The notes under the pieces are model-generated. The model was given only the letters and a program-made list of their open reading frames with translations. It was not told the DNA's origin and did not search any database. The translations under genes were made by a program, and so were the position numbers. A DNA stretch of 63,796 nt, the filler included, from Octopus bimaculoides (lineage: Eukaryota), in NCBI RefSeq assembly GCF_001194135.2. It is 4 parts of 4 records of this genome, joined end to end, with 100 filler letters (N's around TTAATTAATTAA, not from the genome) between each part and the next. Parts side by side here need not be neighbours in the genome. Positions count along the whole stretch, not along the records: positions 57,856 to 63,796 come from NC_069005.1; 3 more parts are not named here. One strand, 5' to 3'. Shown piece by piece: positions 63,415 to 63,796 of this stretch. How positions within the stretch are numbered: the stretch's first letter is position 1; the number at the start of each line of letters is the position of its first letter.

Positions 63415-63640
63415 ATGGTCATGTGGTTATGTAACACATCTGGGTGATGACAGTTGGGTGAAGAAACATGAAGCGGAAAGGGCCTAAAGGATGGGTGAAA
63501 GGGGAAGACTGAGGAAGAGAGGAGCAGAAGTGGTGCAAGCTGATGTCAGGAACCTAAGGAAGTAAATGACAATGGAGGGTTACAAGTAGCAAGATGATGT
63601 GTTGCAGAAGACCCAATCCAAGCCTTACAAAATCTTGGGA
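63415..63640 (+). mobile_element. Second RTE C-terminal fragment, opposite orientation
   Basis: GHV..DDSWVKK..RGRLRKRGAEVVQADVR, homologous to the 16040-16150 region. Confidence 0.6.
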
Positions 63641-63714
63641 AAATGGATGTAAGAATGATGCTGATGCTCAGAGTAATAACATACATGCACTCAGACATGC
63701 ATACATGCCGATTG

Positions 63715-63749
<35 letters not shown>

Positions 63750-63796
63750 CCTCAATCAATCAATCTATCTATCTATTTATCTCTCTCTCTCTCTCT

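Overview
Eukaryotic, AT-rich, microsatellite-dense scaffold with many N gaps. The repeat content is typical of an octopus genome; the species assignment is an inference. The only host gene I can identify is the 3' end of CENATAC/CCDC84, a minor-spliceosome component: five phase-consistent + strand exons from 769 to 11261. Most of the rest is transposon debris: tRNA-derived SINEs, RTE LINE 3' ends and decayed RT fragments, a ~4 kb Tx1/L1-clade LINE, two R4/Dong-like fragments, a Penelope GIY-YIG fragment, three mariner remnants, hAT and piggyBac-type MITEs and a Helentron/HINE-like element. The best leads are: (1) a SINE subfamily sharing its 3' tail with the Tx1-clade LINE in this window; (2) a possible unproductive alternative 3' splice site plus U11-like motifs in CENATAC; (3) degenerate hammerhead-ribozyme motifs tied to Penelope-like sequence; (4) several unexplained hairpin or tandem structures. 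Assembly artefacts (an Illumina adapter, TTAATTAATTAA gap spacers) are present. All family calls come from visual motif recognition, not database searches.
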